Origin: an uncultured virus (IMG/VR IMGVR_UViG_3300030103_004079)
Taxonomy: Duplodnaviria > Heunggongvirae > Uroviricota > Caudoviricetes
IMG/VR virus record: IMGVR_UViG_3300030103_004079
Strand: one strand, 5' to 3'
DNA length: 64,000 nt
Both the position numbers and the translations under genes were made by a program. Below, one piece after another: positions 38,101 through 47,930 of this stretch (positions within the stretch are counted from its first letter, which is position 1; each line of letters starts with the position of its first letter). The notes under the pieces are model-generated. The model was not told the DNA's origin. It ran no database searches and saw nothing but the letters and a program-made list of their open reading frames with translations.

Positions 38101-41100
38101 TTGATGCGTCTGCTAATTGGTTTCTAGCCACATCAAAATGAAAGAGTCTCATAAACTGACCGTTGGGCGAACTTCCATCTCTATGATTATATCTAGGCAC
38201 ATAAAAATCAGCCGCAGAATTAGCATCTAAATCTGTTTTATGTGCATTGGCTTTTAGATTTATTACTCCGGTGCTAATAGAATCAACAACACCTATGTAT
38301 CTTCCATTTTTATCACATACTATATCTCCTGCAACTAAACTACTTACAGTTGTTGCCGAGCCAGTATGAGGGTCTACTGTATTTATTACTTTACCACTTA
38401 TAGAACTAGCAGAAGCCCCTGTATTAATTATTGATAGTTGAGGGTAGCGGTTTATTATACCAATATTTTTGTCTTGCTTAGGTATGTTTTCGGGGTCAAA
38501 TTGATTATAGAAAATATCAAATGTAACTTCTGTTAATCTCATTAAACTAAATCTTCTTAATTCGCCTATTTTTTTATTGCTTATCACTGACCTAATATTA
38601 AATGTATTATAGGAATCGTCTAAGAATTCTAAACTGTTAGTCTTGCCCAACACAGCCTCTTTTGTTTCCGAGAAATCATTTTTTCTTGGTGAATTTATAG
38701 TGAGCATTGAATATTCACTTAAACTTCTATCTAATTTTTTATTTAAAAGACTATCCTTTCTAGTGGAAGAATAAGGTAATAAATCACTGTTACTAAACAA
38801 AAACATTCTAGCAATCTTAGGGTCTATTTGTTCTATTTGGTCTTTAAATTGATGAAGAGATATTAACTTATTGCCTGTTCCTAACATAGTATCATTGCCA
38901 AATGTTTTCACAAACGGAAATGGGTTATACAAAACTCTAGGAGAACCTCCCAATTCTACTTGGTCATGACCTATAAAGTGTGAATTTGAAAATTTTTCAA
39001 GTGTTTTAGTTTCATAAAATTTATCACCAACACAAGGTATATATCCTCTTGATTCTATTATTTTCTTATTATCGAAAGCATGGAATTCCGAACTAGCAGT
39101 AGAGTTAGCAGTAGCGTTTACAGCATTTCCATCTTTATCTCGCATTATAAATTCACCATCTTGGGATGTAGAAGTGTTGTGCTTCCCCACGATATTTCCT
39201 ACAAATGTATTTTCGGGTATTGCAGGAGTCGAATCAAGATGTGTGATGCTTTGCCCTAGTCTAAAAACATCAAAACTAAAACTATTTGCGCCTCCGCTAA
39301 TATAAATTTCAAATAGAAATTTTACATATGGGCTACCGGAAAATGTTTGCATCCTACCGTGATTTATAAAATTTAAACCACAAATATCAGTGCCAATTAT
39401 ATTGTTTTTAAGAAAACCGTCAGTATAATACCCTGCATTATATCTATACCCACTACCGTAAAAACCTATTTTACTAGGCTTGTCAACATAAAAATGAAAA
39501 TCTTTATCTCTAAAGAATAAATGTTTTGTTTTGTTATAGTTTCCTTGTTCTATATTGTTTAGTCTATAATTAGATGCTCCGAAACTAGATTGATAAGAGC
39601 CTAGAAAATTATTTCTTATGACACTTCCTAAGACAGTTCTTGCAGTATTACCTGCATTACCACCACTAGTATTTTGTCTTCTGTGAAAAACTTGCTCACC
39701 ATTCATTCTATAATTTAATACACTTGTAATATTGAAAGCATTAGCATTATTTACTTTAGGATGAATCAAAGATATGTTTTTAGCACCATGCAAATGACCC
39801 CCATTTAAGAAATTTAATTCATGTGTAAGTTTAGAACTCTCTCTAGTAATATCATCATTATTATGTCCATGTAATTTATCAACCACTGTTCCGCTAAGTA
39901 GAGTAAAAGTTAAACTAGATTCTAAAGAAATTGTGGCCGCATTACTAATTGTAATAGATTTTACTCCTACAGAAGTTACAGTAGTAGAAGCCGGTATTCC
40001 TGTTCCTGTTACCCCCATACCAACAAATATGTCTTCTATTGTTGGTATATTCGTTACAGTAAGATTAGAATTTAACTTACAGGATAATTCGGTTTTACCA
40101 ACTTCTCTATCTAAATATATTCTAGCCAATGTAGAAGGTAAAGAGAATTCTACATCTGCTGTTGTCCCTGCTCCTGCTGTGCCAGTTATTGTCAATGTGT
40201 TGCCATCTATTGAAGTTATAGTATTTCCACTAAAGGCACCATTTCCACTTAATACCATTCCTTCGGAAAGCCCATGACTTGCTGATGCTGTAACTTCAAC
40301 AGTATTTCCTCCTGTAGACCAAGTAGAAGAATAAATCAATTCTGCACTTTTCTCTACCGAAACAACATTTGCTAAAAATTTTCCATTTATGTAAATTGGT
40401 TTACCATGTAAATTTCTTTGACCTCTAAGATGATTAACTGCTGAAAGGGCTTCATCACTATTTACATCTATGAAACTTCTTGCATAGGAAAAATCATGTA
40501 GAGTCTTACCTAAATCTTTTTTAGAAAACGAAGTATCTTGGGTACTAGCATAATTAATATCTACTCTTCCTAAAGTCAATGGATTGTAAGGTGCTATTTT
40601 AACAACAGTTCCTTTATTCTGTCCTGCTGATTTTTTAGATACTATTTCAAAATCTATTAGAGTATTTATTGTATCAAAGGATTCTGCATTGTCTCCTTCA
40701 TCTTCTAATATGGCTTGGAAGTGAGCGTCACTCAACATATTAGAAACATCACTTATTTCATAACCTATTGCATTTTCATTGTCACTACCACTAGTCCCTA
40801 CTAGTCTATCTCCTTCTGCTCCGGTAGGAGTTATTTTAACACCGGAGTTAAAGAATAGTCCCTTATTAGAAGCCCCACTCAAACTAGTAGTGGAATCTAT
40901 AAACGGATTAGTTGCTAATGCTTTATTTAGGACATAGTTTTTATTCGATTCTTTGAATAAAGTGGCACTATCGGAACCACCGGAAGTAAGCGTTCCAGAT
41001 GGTAAAACTCTAGTTTCTGCTCTTGAGAAGTCTTCTAATATTATAACCGGCCTCTCTAATTTTTCAATAGAAGTAATGTTAGAAGTAACATCTTTACTTA

Positions 41101-43630
41101 GTGTTATTTGATTTGAACTAACATTTATTCCAATTACAAAAGTGTCATCGGGAATAACTGAAGAACCTGTTGTTACAGGAACATGCACTATCCTATCACC
41201 TATTTCATAATTAGCCACAGTAACATTAGTGACAGTAGCACCCGAAAAAACAAAAGAAGCCTGTTCCGAACTTGCGACTTTAGAAGCAACTTTACCAACA
41301 TACGACATTGTTCCCGTATGGTGTTTTATGTGTAGTTTATCCCCTACTAGTGCCGCATCATGCACAGCCTTAACAGCAATAACTTCGTTATTACTAAAAT
41401 TACACGAAGCCGAGCCACCTAAACTAGTTAATTTATTATAAGGACTTTGTGTAGAATAAATAATATCTTGAGAAAACAATGTATTCTTTGTTAATATTGG
41501 AGAAATTAATTTCCTAATATTACTTCGACCTGCTAATTTTATTTGAGTTAATCCATTTTCTTTGAAGTTGTCTATTCTTTCTACTTCTCCATTTAACTTT
41601 TCTATTACAATAGCATATTGACCCGACATATAATCTAGCATAGTTCCTTGAGAATGGTAGGCCGCTTCATTACTTGTGCTTCCATCCGAGTCAAAATATG
41701 CTTTATCCGAGAAAGATAATGTTAGTAGTTTTTTATTTACATCTAATGCAGTTACAGTAGCATATAAGAAGCCAAACTCCCTAGATAAAAACTTAACAAG
41801 AACAGTATTTTGTCTGTTCACTACTAGGGGAAAATCTGTAAATAAAGTTTTATCTTTTTTATTATATGCTCTCCTTTCAAGAACACTATCGTTTGCTAAG
41901 GTGTAAGAACCCGTAGTAAATATTGATTCTGTTTCTAATCTATTTTCGCTTCTAAAGGTAATGTTTTGAGTTTTACCACTAATAGATGCTATGCTTTGAA
42001 CAATAACTATTCTTGTGCCAACTCTAACTTCATCGCCAACATTTAGATAACTACCTAAATCGTGGTCTGTTGTTGTTGCGTAAGTGTTACCACTAGGGTT
42101 TGCAGTTATTTTAGCACCTATTGTTTTAAATTCGTTAAAGTCGCCACTAAACAACTGATGTCTAATTCTAAGTGGTTCTCCACTATCTATTTTTTCAGTT
42201 AATATTCTAAATGGGTCTGCTAAAGTGACTTCGGCCAAAGTTCCCTTTGCTCCCATTGATTCAAGCAATTGGTGGTCTAAAACATTGTATGCTAGGTTTG
42301 CTTTATCTTTAGAAAAACTATACGACAAATATCTATATGGGCCGGTATAATCTTGGTCGCCTGTTCCTGTTATAGAATCATTAGCGTCTCTTCTAGCATT
42401 AGTAAAACAAGCATCTCTTGTAAAGGGAGTGTAAGTTAATATTGTTTCTCCTTCATTACTAGTATGCGTAGCGGGACTATCTTGATTTTTTAGATTATCA
42501 ACAAGTCTTGTTTTCAAAGAATGCCTACCGTAGTCTATAATATCTGTTCCAAAATCAGGAGTGGTTGTAAAGAAACTAGTAGTGGCTAAATCATCTGTTG
42601 CTCCACTAATAAAATCTAATTCACTATAAATTAAATTATATTTTTTATTGTGGTCTAATTCGTTTTTCTTATCTAAGTTTTCATTGAAGAAAAAGAACAA
42701 CGGTCTTGATACTGTCGCTTTATGTCCTATACTGCTTTTTATTCCTAAACCCACCGCTACTTCTGTAATGTTATTAGATATAGGTGTAGAGAATAATTTA
42801 AACTTAACATTTTTTGCTATTTCATCTCCCAACTTTGGCCTAAACTCAAATGAATCTCCGGCAACATCATCCTCAAATCTTTCCGAAACTTTAGCAAAAT
42901 GATGCTTGCTTGAGTCATCGGAATGAATCATAACAAAAACATGATGTGTTGATAATATATCGGGGAGAATAGCCCCTGTTTGTGTTAAGTCATCAAAACA
43001 TTTTATTCTATTACCTTCTGTTACTGCTAAATTCCTATGCTCTAATCCCAAAACATATGTCGCATTGCTAGCGTTAGCACTTGCTTTTTCAGTTAAGGCA
43101 AATTCAGTTGAAGAAATTATCCTTTCTATTCTTGCTTGAGTTCCCGTAAATCCTGTTCCATTTACACTTTGTCCAACATACAAAGAGTTAGTATTGCCGC
43201 TTGATAGTGTTACCACATTGCTATCTTGTGTAACATTACAGTTAGCCAATGTGCTTCTGCCAATTGAAGTTAAAGTAACAGAACCCGAACCGTCTTCTGT
43301 AATAACTACACCAAAAGAGTCTACTGATGTAGAGGTAGCACTAACGCAAAGTTGTGGATTAGTTGGAGTATCATGTGCTGTTTTAGTAAATGTAACAGTT
43401 CCGGTTGCTCCCGAATCAGTAGCCGCTTTGCTCATGGTTATATTTGCATTAGTAGATATTGCTGTCACTATGGCACTAGTAGATAAATTAGTTCCGCTAA
43501 CTTTCATGCCGATAAGAATGTTGCTTGTATCACTTATTGGTAAAGTCACACTACCGGATGTAGCGGTTGTTGTGGATTTAGTTACTGTTGTAGTCGGCCT
43601 ACTTAATGCTACTACTGTAGAAGTTGTCAT
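35138..43630 (-). CDS. Giant tail/baseplate (adhesin-hub) protein, 2830 aa
   Basis: Repeated GMxVxGxxIP-type beta modules; C-terminal hub-like LRVGDVVTV..FIVLEI segment; position after tape measure. Confidence 0.7.
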   Translation of the reverse strand: MTTSTVVALSRPTTTVTKSTTTATSGSVTLPISDTSNILIGMKVSGTNLSTSAIVTAISTNANITMSKAATDSGATGTVTFTKTAHDTPTNPQLCVSATSTSVDSFGVVITEDGSGSVTLTSIGRSTLANCNVTQDSNVVTLSSGNTNSLYVGQSVNGTGFTGTQARIERIISSTEFALTEKASANASNATYVLGLEHRNLAVTEGNRIKCFDDLTQTGAILPDILSTHHVFVMIHSDDSSKHHFAKVSERFEDDVAGDSFEFRPKLGDEIAKNVKFKLFSTPISNNITEVAVGLGIKSSIGHKATVSRPLFFFFNENLDKKNELDHNKKYNLIYSELDFISGATDDLATTSFFTTTPDFGTDIIDYGRHSLKTRLVDNLKNQDSPATHTSNEGETILTYTPFTRDACFTNARRDANDSITGTGDQDYTGPYRYLSYSFSKDKANLAYNVLDHQLLESMGAKGTLAEVTLADPFRILTEKIDSGEPLRIRHQLFSGDFNEFKTIGAKITANPSGNTYATTTDHDLGSYLNVGDEVRVGTRIVIVQSIASISGKTQNITFRSENRLETESIFTTGSYTLANDSVLERRAYNKKDKTLFTDFPLVVNRQNTVLVKFLSREFGFLYATVTALDVNKKLLTLSFSDKAYFDSDGSTSNEAAYHSQGTMLDYMSGQYAIVIEKLNGEVERIDNFKENGLTQIKLAGRSNIRKLISPILTKNTLFSQDIIYSTQSPYNKLTSLGGSASCNFSNNEVIAVKAVHDAALVGDKLHIKHHTGTMSYVGKVASKVASSEQASFVFSGATVTNVTVANYEIGDRIVHVPVTTGSSVIPDDTFVIGINVSSNQITLSKDVTSNITSIEKLERPVIILEDFSRAETRVLPSGTLTSGGSDSATLFKESNKNYVLNKALATNPFIDSTTSLSGASNKGLFFNSGVKITPTGAEGDRLVGTSGSDNENAIGYEISDVSNMLSDAHFQAILEDEGDNAESFDTINTLIDFEIVSKKSAGQNKGTVVKIAPYNPLTLGRVDINYASTQDTSFSKKDLGKTLHDFSYARSFIDVNSDEALSAVNHLRGQRNLHGKPIYINGKFLANVVSVEKSAELIYSSTWSTGGNTVEVTASASHGLSEGMVLSGNGAFSGNTITSIDGNTLTITGTAGAGTTADVEFSLPSTLARIYLDREVGKTELSCKLNSNLTVTNIPTIEDIFVGMGVTGTGIPASTTVTSVGVKSITISNAATISLESSLTFTLLSGTVVDKLHGHNNDDITRESSKLTHELNFLNGGHLHGAKNISLIHPKVNNANAFNITSVLNYRMNGEQVFHRRQNTSGGNAGNTARTVLGSVIRNNFLGSYQSSFGASNYRLNNIEQGNYNKTKHLFFRDKDFHFYVDKPSKIGFYGSGYRYNAGYYTDGFLKNNIIGTDICGLNFINHGRMQTFSGSPYVKFLFEIYISGGANSFSFDVFRLGQSITHLDSTPAIPENTFVGNIVGKHNTSTSQDGEFIMRDKDGNAVNATANSTASSEFHAFDNKKIIESRGYIPCVGDKFYETKTLEKFSNSHFIGHDQVELGGSPRVLYNPFPFVKTFGNDTMLGTGNKLISLHQFKDQIEQIDPKIARMFLFSNSDLLPYSSTRKDSLLNKKLDRSLSEYSMLTINSPRKNDFSETKEAVLGKTNSLEFLDDSYNTFNIRSVISNKKIGELRRFSLMRLTEVTFDIFYNQFDPENIPKQDKNIGIINRYPQLSIINTGASASSISGKVINTVDPHTGSATTVSSLVAGDIVCDKNGRYIGVVDSISTGVINLKANAHKTDLDANSAADFYVPRYNHRDGSSPNGQFMRLFHFDVARNQLADASNTVGAANIKGYNGDNDFSTVGLINPLQMATMRGLASAINGYVDTVRTDKESGYGGLGTKFALDRHPENTGSNPATAQTSVQGVGEDSTLILPITFAGDSIFSQLAGNHTIAEMVTRNYSNYYSKRRSEIFAPLTELTFSPEDGLGSVGFDAVNAHSFGGSTTANITNHESKAYMNHLPVFLDRYKIAGGTGAKVSIGMTAPRLVSCRQIDFDATSANKKEVRFGIQSKTINASYVPAHAGFRSRKVKTNSTDITAGVTNADADFVTYNNDADGVFAGLKPLLKIDTGYIAPCTFTLGSARCVDDLDRVESSSLGQFGSTTLNYSYLHSPEGKIPKFTRVYEVDMVSNPNKLFMTSNATSAGTDINVRVSQHYVTKEEATNGTEVHVISIHDKSVLRGETSRASAPNLLFPNNLHWLSYMDLTGCYLVSEEVEAYNPQAEIVEDYATAGGGIGGSHGIGSGQNMMRYSINNTSPKYMLYVISHEIDTTRQERNHILTLSGTFPDAVTNNSNNQRFKNFRIMQPNHTCFHSFSPNKIRINELSSKYTKMPSEDATYPAKIPNYLWGEEFSDRTQEGNNEAVLSMYVVVDPDGQSADGNLVVENPVNLRDNIMASGTVEMNISDGSNSKLTSVTFEDSGDNIRFDITIEKQEEMLGVVSLSETIDILVDGQAGDIGERALIGSVVSVCQDSDKLINELMEINDLDFNLEESAYPYYVAPNFRGVDLFSAIKFLMSKKNKKLIEDNGVFTIDENDSSIFKTSIFFTTKNTDTRIFTYSKEKSEFDLFNEIIVNGKNKKSVVRDIRSIMLKGRKTLQVFENELVTQSDVNKRARELLKLHNNNSFGLSISVGHKGISHLRVGDVVTVEIPEENIARSRFIVLEIKHNLTGTLDLELGSYTKGLEDRFTELAIENRGVNNKVREDDIDDSDVAFNFLDLVKVKPIEFKVVKKSTPVGAFTLGTNSTDSETLNTNTNALNIGVTTFTTLLEEEF

Positions 43631-44727
43631 TCATCCACCTCCTCAAACCTAAAATAAAATAATGTGTCACTAAAGTTAGGCAATAGATTATTTATGAAAA
43701 ATTGCTTTTTGATTGTTCTAATCATAGACATTTCATGTAACTCTCCCATAAATTGTTTGTTAGCAATAGCACTTTCTGTTCCTGTTCCATTATTACTAGA
43801 AGCCCCAATAAAGTAATCTTCTTGAGCCATAGAAAATGTATTAGATGTAGATATGGTCTGTTTCTTAACTAATATGCCATCTAAGAATATTCTAATTTCT
43901 TTACTTGCTTCATTGTAAACACAAGCAATATGAAATTGATTATTGATATAACTAGCGTCTTTGAAGGCGGGAATAAAAATATTAGTGCTACTACTAATAC
44001 TACTAGATGGAGCAGTATTCAACACAATACTAACACCGGAGTTAATTGAAGCAATAGTTCCTAGTGAAGTAAAATTAAAACCGCTTCTTGTAAAGACTTC
44101 TTGCCCTACATGAAATTTAGCAGTTGAAGCCACCGGAACCGTTGTTGTGCTATTCGACCCATCAGTAACCCCTCCAACAACATGAGTTATCCTACCATTT
44201 TTATCAAAGCCTTCTAAAGTATCGGCAGTATAAAACCAACCAAAACCCGATGTAGCAGTAATTACAGCCCTATCGGTTGTTACTGTTTGGTCGCTTCCTA
44301 ATTTTATTGTGACTTTTATTTTATATTCAGCAGGTTGATTTTCATTATGTAATGTAGAATTAACTAATGATATTGTAAAATTAGTGCTAGAAAAAATATT
44401 CATTTCATGCACTAGCCTATCAGCAATTGGCATATACTCATTACTTTGAAAATCAGCACTACCCGCATCACTAAATATTGCACTAGGCATCACTTTTGTT
44501 GTAGCGGTAACAGTAGGTCTTGCTGTTGCTGAATATTGACCAAAACCATTTATGTCATATGGAGTAAGTATTGCTTCAAAAGTAAAATCTCCCGTGTGTT
44601 CATATATACCATACGCTTCATTATCCGAAGTGATAGGAACATTGTCGCTATAATCTATTCTAACATGACCATTACACATTACAGGGAATACCAAACCACG
44701 CTGTTTTCCTATAAGTGTATCATACAT
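43627..44727 (-). CDS. LamG/concanavalin-like tail protein
   Basis: FTFEA, FHIACVY, IFLDG, YFIG, FMGELHE. Confidence 0.75.
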   Translation of the reverse strand: MYDTLIGKQRGLVFPVMCNGHVRIDYSDNVPITSDNEAYGIYEHTGDFTFEAILTPYDINGFGQYSATARPTVTATTKVMPSAIFSDAGSADFQSNEYMPIADRLVHEMNIFSSTNFTISLVNSTLHNENQPAEYKIKVTIKLGSDQTVTTDRAVITATSGFGWFYTADTLEGFDKNGRITHVVGGVTDGSNSTTTVPVASTAKFHVGQEVFTRSGFNFTSLGTIASINSGVSIVLNTAPSSSISSSTNIFIPAFKDASYINNQFHIACVYNEASKEIRIFLDGILVKKQTISTSNTFSMAQEDYFIGASSNNGTGTESAIANKQFMGELHEMSMIRTIKKQFFINNLLPNFSDTLFYFRFEEVDE

Positions 44728-44735
44728 ATTATCAC

Positions 44736-45437
44736 CTACGATGGAACTAATAAAGCAATTTCAAAATCTAAACTAAAACTTAACTCGAAAGTTTCAGCAC
44801 TCATTTCACAACTAAACTGTCGAATAAAACCAGTCAAGCCTGTATCTGTATCAGCATCGGGAAAAGAAGATATTTTTGCAGGAACACCTACATTGTCTAA
44901 AGCATTATTATCTCCTCTCGATGCAAAATTAAACGGAACATTTTGTCCTGCACTTCTTTCACTATTAGCATTAACAGTTTGTGTCCATGTTCCACCTGCG
45001 GCTTCACAATCGGTTTTATTTTTATGGTCAGTAATACTGCATGTTCCTCTAAAATTATAATCACTAGCAACAAATGAGGGCATCAAAACTATCAATTCAT
45101 TAAACGCTTGATTTGTAGCGAACCCTGTTGAATCAACGCCCGATGCAATCATTTGAGCAATTTCGTGTGCTGTAAATTTAATAGCATCACCCACTTCACT
45201 TTTTGTTACGGTTTGGTCTAATATTACTCCACTAACTGATATTGTTTTTTGTGCCATGCCTAAATCTAATGCCGCAGTTATTGACTCACCAGTAGCAACA
45301 CCGGATAACGGAACTTCAAAAGAAGGAATTGTTTTACTAACACTTATGCTAACTGATGTGGCTTTTAATTCTATTACATTCGTGGTCAGGCCATTAGACG
45401 GCTTATGTGCTTGTAACTTAAGATAGACACTACTCAT
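44736..45437 (-). CDS. Distal-tail/hub-like protein
   Basis: Directly after tape measure; LDLG..KTISVSG. Confidence 0.55.
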   Translation of the reverse strand: MSSVYLKLQAHKPSNGLTTNVIELKATSVSISVSKTIPSFEVPLSGVATGESITAALDLGMAQKTISVSGVILDQTVTKSEVGDAIKFTAHEIAQMIASGVDSTGFATNQAFNELIVLMPSFVASDYNFRGTCSITDHKNKTDCEAAGGTWTQTVNANSERSAGQNVPFNFASRGDNNALDNVGVPAKISSFPDADTDTGLTGFIRQFSCEMSAETFELSFSLDFEIALLVPS

Positions 45438-45441
45438 TTAA

Positions 45442-47166
45442 TCACCTCACAAACCCACTAGAAGATACACTTCGTTGTATTTTATTTGTTATCATATTAC
45501 CCAATTTATCGGCTATTCTTCTTAGTTCAGCATCCGATGTATCTTTGGCATTTATTGTAACATTAACAGTATTGTTGAAAACACTACTATTGTTAGTTTG
45601 AGAACCTGCTAACATTTTCTTACTGTCAGCATTACTATGCACTCTTGAGCCTTTTGGTAGATTGACTATTTCTGCGCCCTTTTCTCCCACTACTGTTAAT
45701 CCACCATCGGAAACTCCTCCATCTGCCATGAAAGGAAGTTTAAAACTATCTTTTACTTTAGCAATTATGGCGAATATTGCCGCAACAAAGAGAGTAATGA
45801 AAGCAAGAGGCAATGCAATGGTAGCCAATGTATTAAGAGCAAAGGCCGCTAATAATTTTACTAGTATTGCACCAACAATAAACTTACCAACTGTAAATAA
45901 TATATCATTAAAGTCTCCGTTCATTAGTCCTTCAAATAAATCAATTGCAGTATAAAATAAACTGACTAGTAGAGAAAATCCTAATTTTAATAAAACTTTA
46001 GCCGCCAATTTTGCCATATCAAAGAGAATCATCCCCATCTCACTTACTTTTTCTAATGCTGTGTTAATGTCACCGCTAAATAGGGCTACCCCTGTTTCAT
46101 ACAACACTTGAGCCAAATCCATTACCATAAGTCCTATGTCTATTATGTCTTCTATTGCCCCCATTCCTTCAAAAAATTGATATGCATTGTGTAGCATTTT
46201 TGCCAAAACTAGGAACGCTAAGATACCCATAGTTACAAATATTAATGTTCTAAACAAATAATTCAAGACTCCTTTGGCTAACTTGGTAAAGTTTCTCATA
46301 AAGTTATGAAACTTTAATACTCCTGCCCCGATTTTAGAAATAACATCAATTCTTTTCCCTATTCTTGTTATCAACGGAGGCATTTCAGCGACTCCTTCTC
46401 TTTTTCTATCTCCTTGTGTTCCTAAAAAGAAATCTCCGAATTTTTTTGAATCTTCTACAAATGTTTCATTGAAACTTCTACTCATTGATTTTCCTATTCC
46501 TTTTTTCAACCCCTTCATTCTTTCCATGAAAGTTTTATTTTCAAGATTAACACTTTCTTGGATTATAGCATCAGTTTTTGCGTCTTTAAACACTTTTTCG
46601 GTTGCTTTTGCTTTATCAGCCAACTCTTCTAATCCTTTAGCATACGCCTTTATTGGACTACTGCCAGTTAATACCGCTTTACTATAAGCCAAAGTGCCTT
46701 TTATTGCCTCTTTTTGCTCATCGGTATGCGCTTTTTGTATTTTTGTTAATTCATTAACTCTTTCTCTTTGTGTCATTAGCCCTTCGCTAACTTTTTTATT
46801 CATTTCAGCCACAAGTTCATTTTCGTTTTTAATTCTTCTAAACTCCTTTCTCATCTTCTCATTAGATTTGACGAGATTAATTACCTGTTCATCAGCCTCT
46901 CTTTGTGCTTTACTATTTTTCTTAGAAGCCTGTTCTATCAAAGCCAATGAATCTACAAATGCTCTAACTTTGTTTTGTAGTTTCCATATAGGACTACCCG
47001 ATACTATTCTTGAAAAGATAGTCCATTTTTTGCCCGAACCCGATATATTATCGGACATTTTGATAAGTCGTTTAGTAAGACCTTGAAATTCTAAACCTGC
47101 TTTGAAAGTTACTGTATTTAAGTCACCTAGATTATTAATCATTTTGGAGACTTCATCTTCGGCCAT
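45442..47166 (-). CDS. Tail tape measure protein
   Basis: Helical, hydrophobic mid-region, C-terminal ADGG..VVGEKGAEIV; follows tail chaperones. Confidence 0.8.
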   Translation of the reverse strand: MAEDEVSKMINNLGDLNTVTFKAGLEFQGLTKRLIKMSDNISGSGKKWTIFSRIVSGSPIWKLQNKVRAFVDSLALIEQASKKNSKAQREADEQVINLVKSNEKMRKEFRRIKNENELVAEMNKKVSEGLMTQRERVNELTKIQKAHTDEQKEAIKGTLAYSKAVLTGSSPIKAYAKGLEELADKAKATEKVFKDAKTDAIIQESVNLENKTFMERMKGLKKGIGKSMSRSFNETFVEDSKKFGDFFLGTQGDRKREGVAEMPPLITRIGKRIDVISKIGAGVLKFHNFMRNFTKLAKGVLNYLFRTLIFVTMGILAFLVLAKMLHNAYQFFEGMGAIEDIIDIGLMVMDLAQVLYETGVALFSGDINTALEKVSEMGMILFDMAKLAAKVLLKLGFSLLVSLFYTAIDLFEGLMNGDFNDILFTVGKFIVGAILVKLLAAFALNTLATIALPLAFITLFVAAIFAIIAKVKDSFKLPFMADGGVSDGGLTVVGEKGAEIVNLPKGSRVHSNADSKKMLAGSQTNNSSVFNNTVNVTINAKDTSDAELRRIADKLGNMITNKIQRSVSSSGFVR

Positions 47167-47167
47167 A

Positions 47168-47380
47168 CTAATTACCTGCTTGTCTTTTTACTTTCTCTAA
47201 TTCTTCATGTTTAATCTTTTCCATGTTATAATGAACTAATAATAATTCCATCACTAAACTAGATGGCATTTTATAAACTTCTAACGGACTTATAGATAAA
47301 GCCGAAGCCAAAGTATAAGTCATAATTAAAAATGCTATTCTTGGTTCTGTTTTTTTACCTCGAATAGCATTTTCAATCAT
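47168..47380 (-). CDS. Tail assembly chaperone, frameshift extension (gpT-like)
   Basis: In the -1 frame relative to the upstream ORF; LSISPLEVYKMP motif. Confidence 0.7.
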   Translation of the reverse strand: MIENAIRGKKTEPRIAFLIMTYTLASALSISPLEVYKMPSSLVMELLLVHYNMEKIKHEELEKVKRQAGN

Positions 47381-47742
47381 TCGTTTTTTTCTTCATCCTC
47401 CTGTAAAACATTCATAGGATTTGGTAAGATTTCTTTTAATTGATTGCCAACATAAGGACTTAGCCTTAGCATATCAAGTGTTGAGAGTGATGGTTCTGTT
47501 TTTGAAATAAAATTCTCGACCATATAACGATACATAGAGTTAATATCAATATCTACATTTTGTGTCCTAGCATCTAATTTCATTATACTATTCATCGCTT
47601 TTTCGGATTCTAGCCATGTGGGTTCTTTTACCCACACTTTTAGGTATTCGTCTTGGTCGGGTGCTACTTTAACATAGTGTAGCGTAGGCTCTTGTAGCGC
47701 AAATAGCGCATCTTTATTCTTTATTACTTTCTTTTCAGTCAT
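47377..47742 (-). CDS. Tail assembly chaperone (gpG-like)
   Basis: Between tail tube and tape measure; start reset to ATG 47742 after AAGGTGG. Confidence 0.7.
   Translation of the reverse strand: MTEKKVIKNKDALFALQEPTLHYVKVAPDQDEYLKVWVKEPTWLESEKAMNSIMKLDARTQNVDIDINSMYRYMVENFISKTEPSLSTLDMLRLSPYVGNQLKEILPNPMNVLQEDEEKNE
47383..47389 (-). promoter_or_regulatory. -1 ribosomal frameshift slippery heptamer A AAA AAC
   Basis: GAA AAA AAC GAA TGA; a -1 shift reads K-R-M-I-E-N into the next ORF. Confidence 0.75.
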
Positions 47743-47796
47743 ATTATCCACCTTCAAAACCAACAAACAAACAAACGGTGTTGGTGGAATTTATAA

Positions 47797-47925
47797 TTAC
47801 TCGGCCTTTGGAGTTTCTTTTTTCTCCTCCTTAGCCTTTTTAGCGGCTTTACGGGCTTCTGCCTTTTTAGCCGCTTCTAATTTTTTAGCCATTTTAGCGT
47901 TAAATTTTTCGTGATATGAAACCAT
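47797..47925 (-). CDS. Lys/Ala-rich basic peptide (42 aa), absent from ORF track
   Basis: MVSYHEKFNAKMAKKLEAAKKAEARKAAKKAKEEKKETPKAE. Confidence 0.55.
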   Translation of the reverse strand: MVSYHEKFNAKMAKKLEAAKKAEARKAAKKAKEEKKETPKAE

Positions 47926-47930
47926 TTAAA

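Noticed and set aside
32595..43630. Diversity-generating retroelement targeting tail fibres
   Set aside because: No reverse transcriptase or template/variable repeat pair noticed
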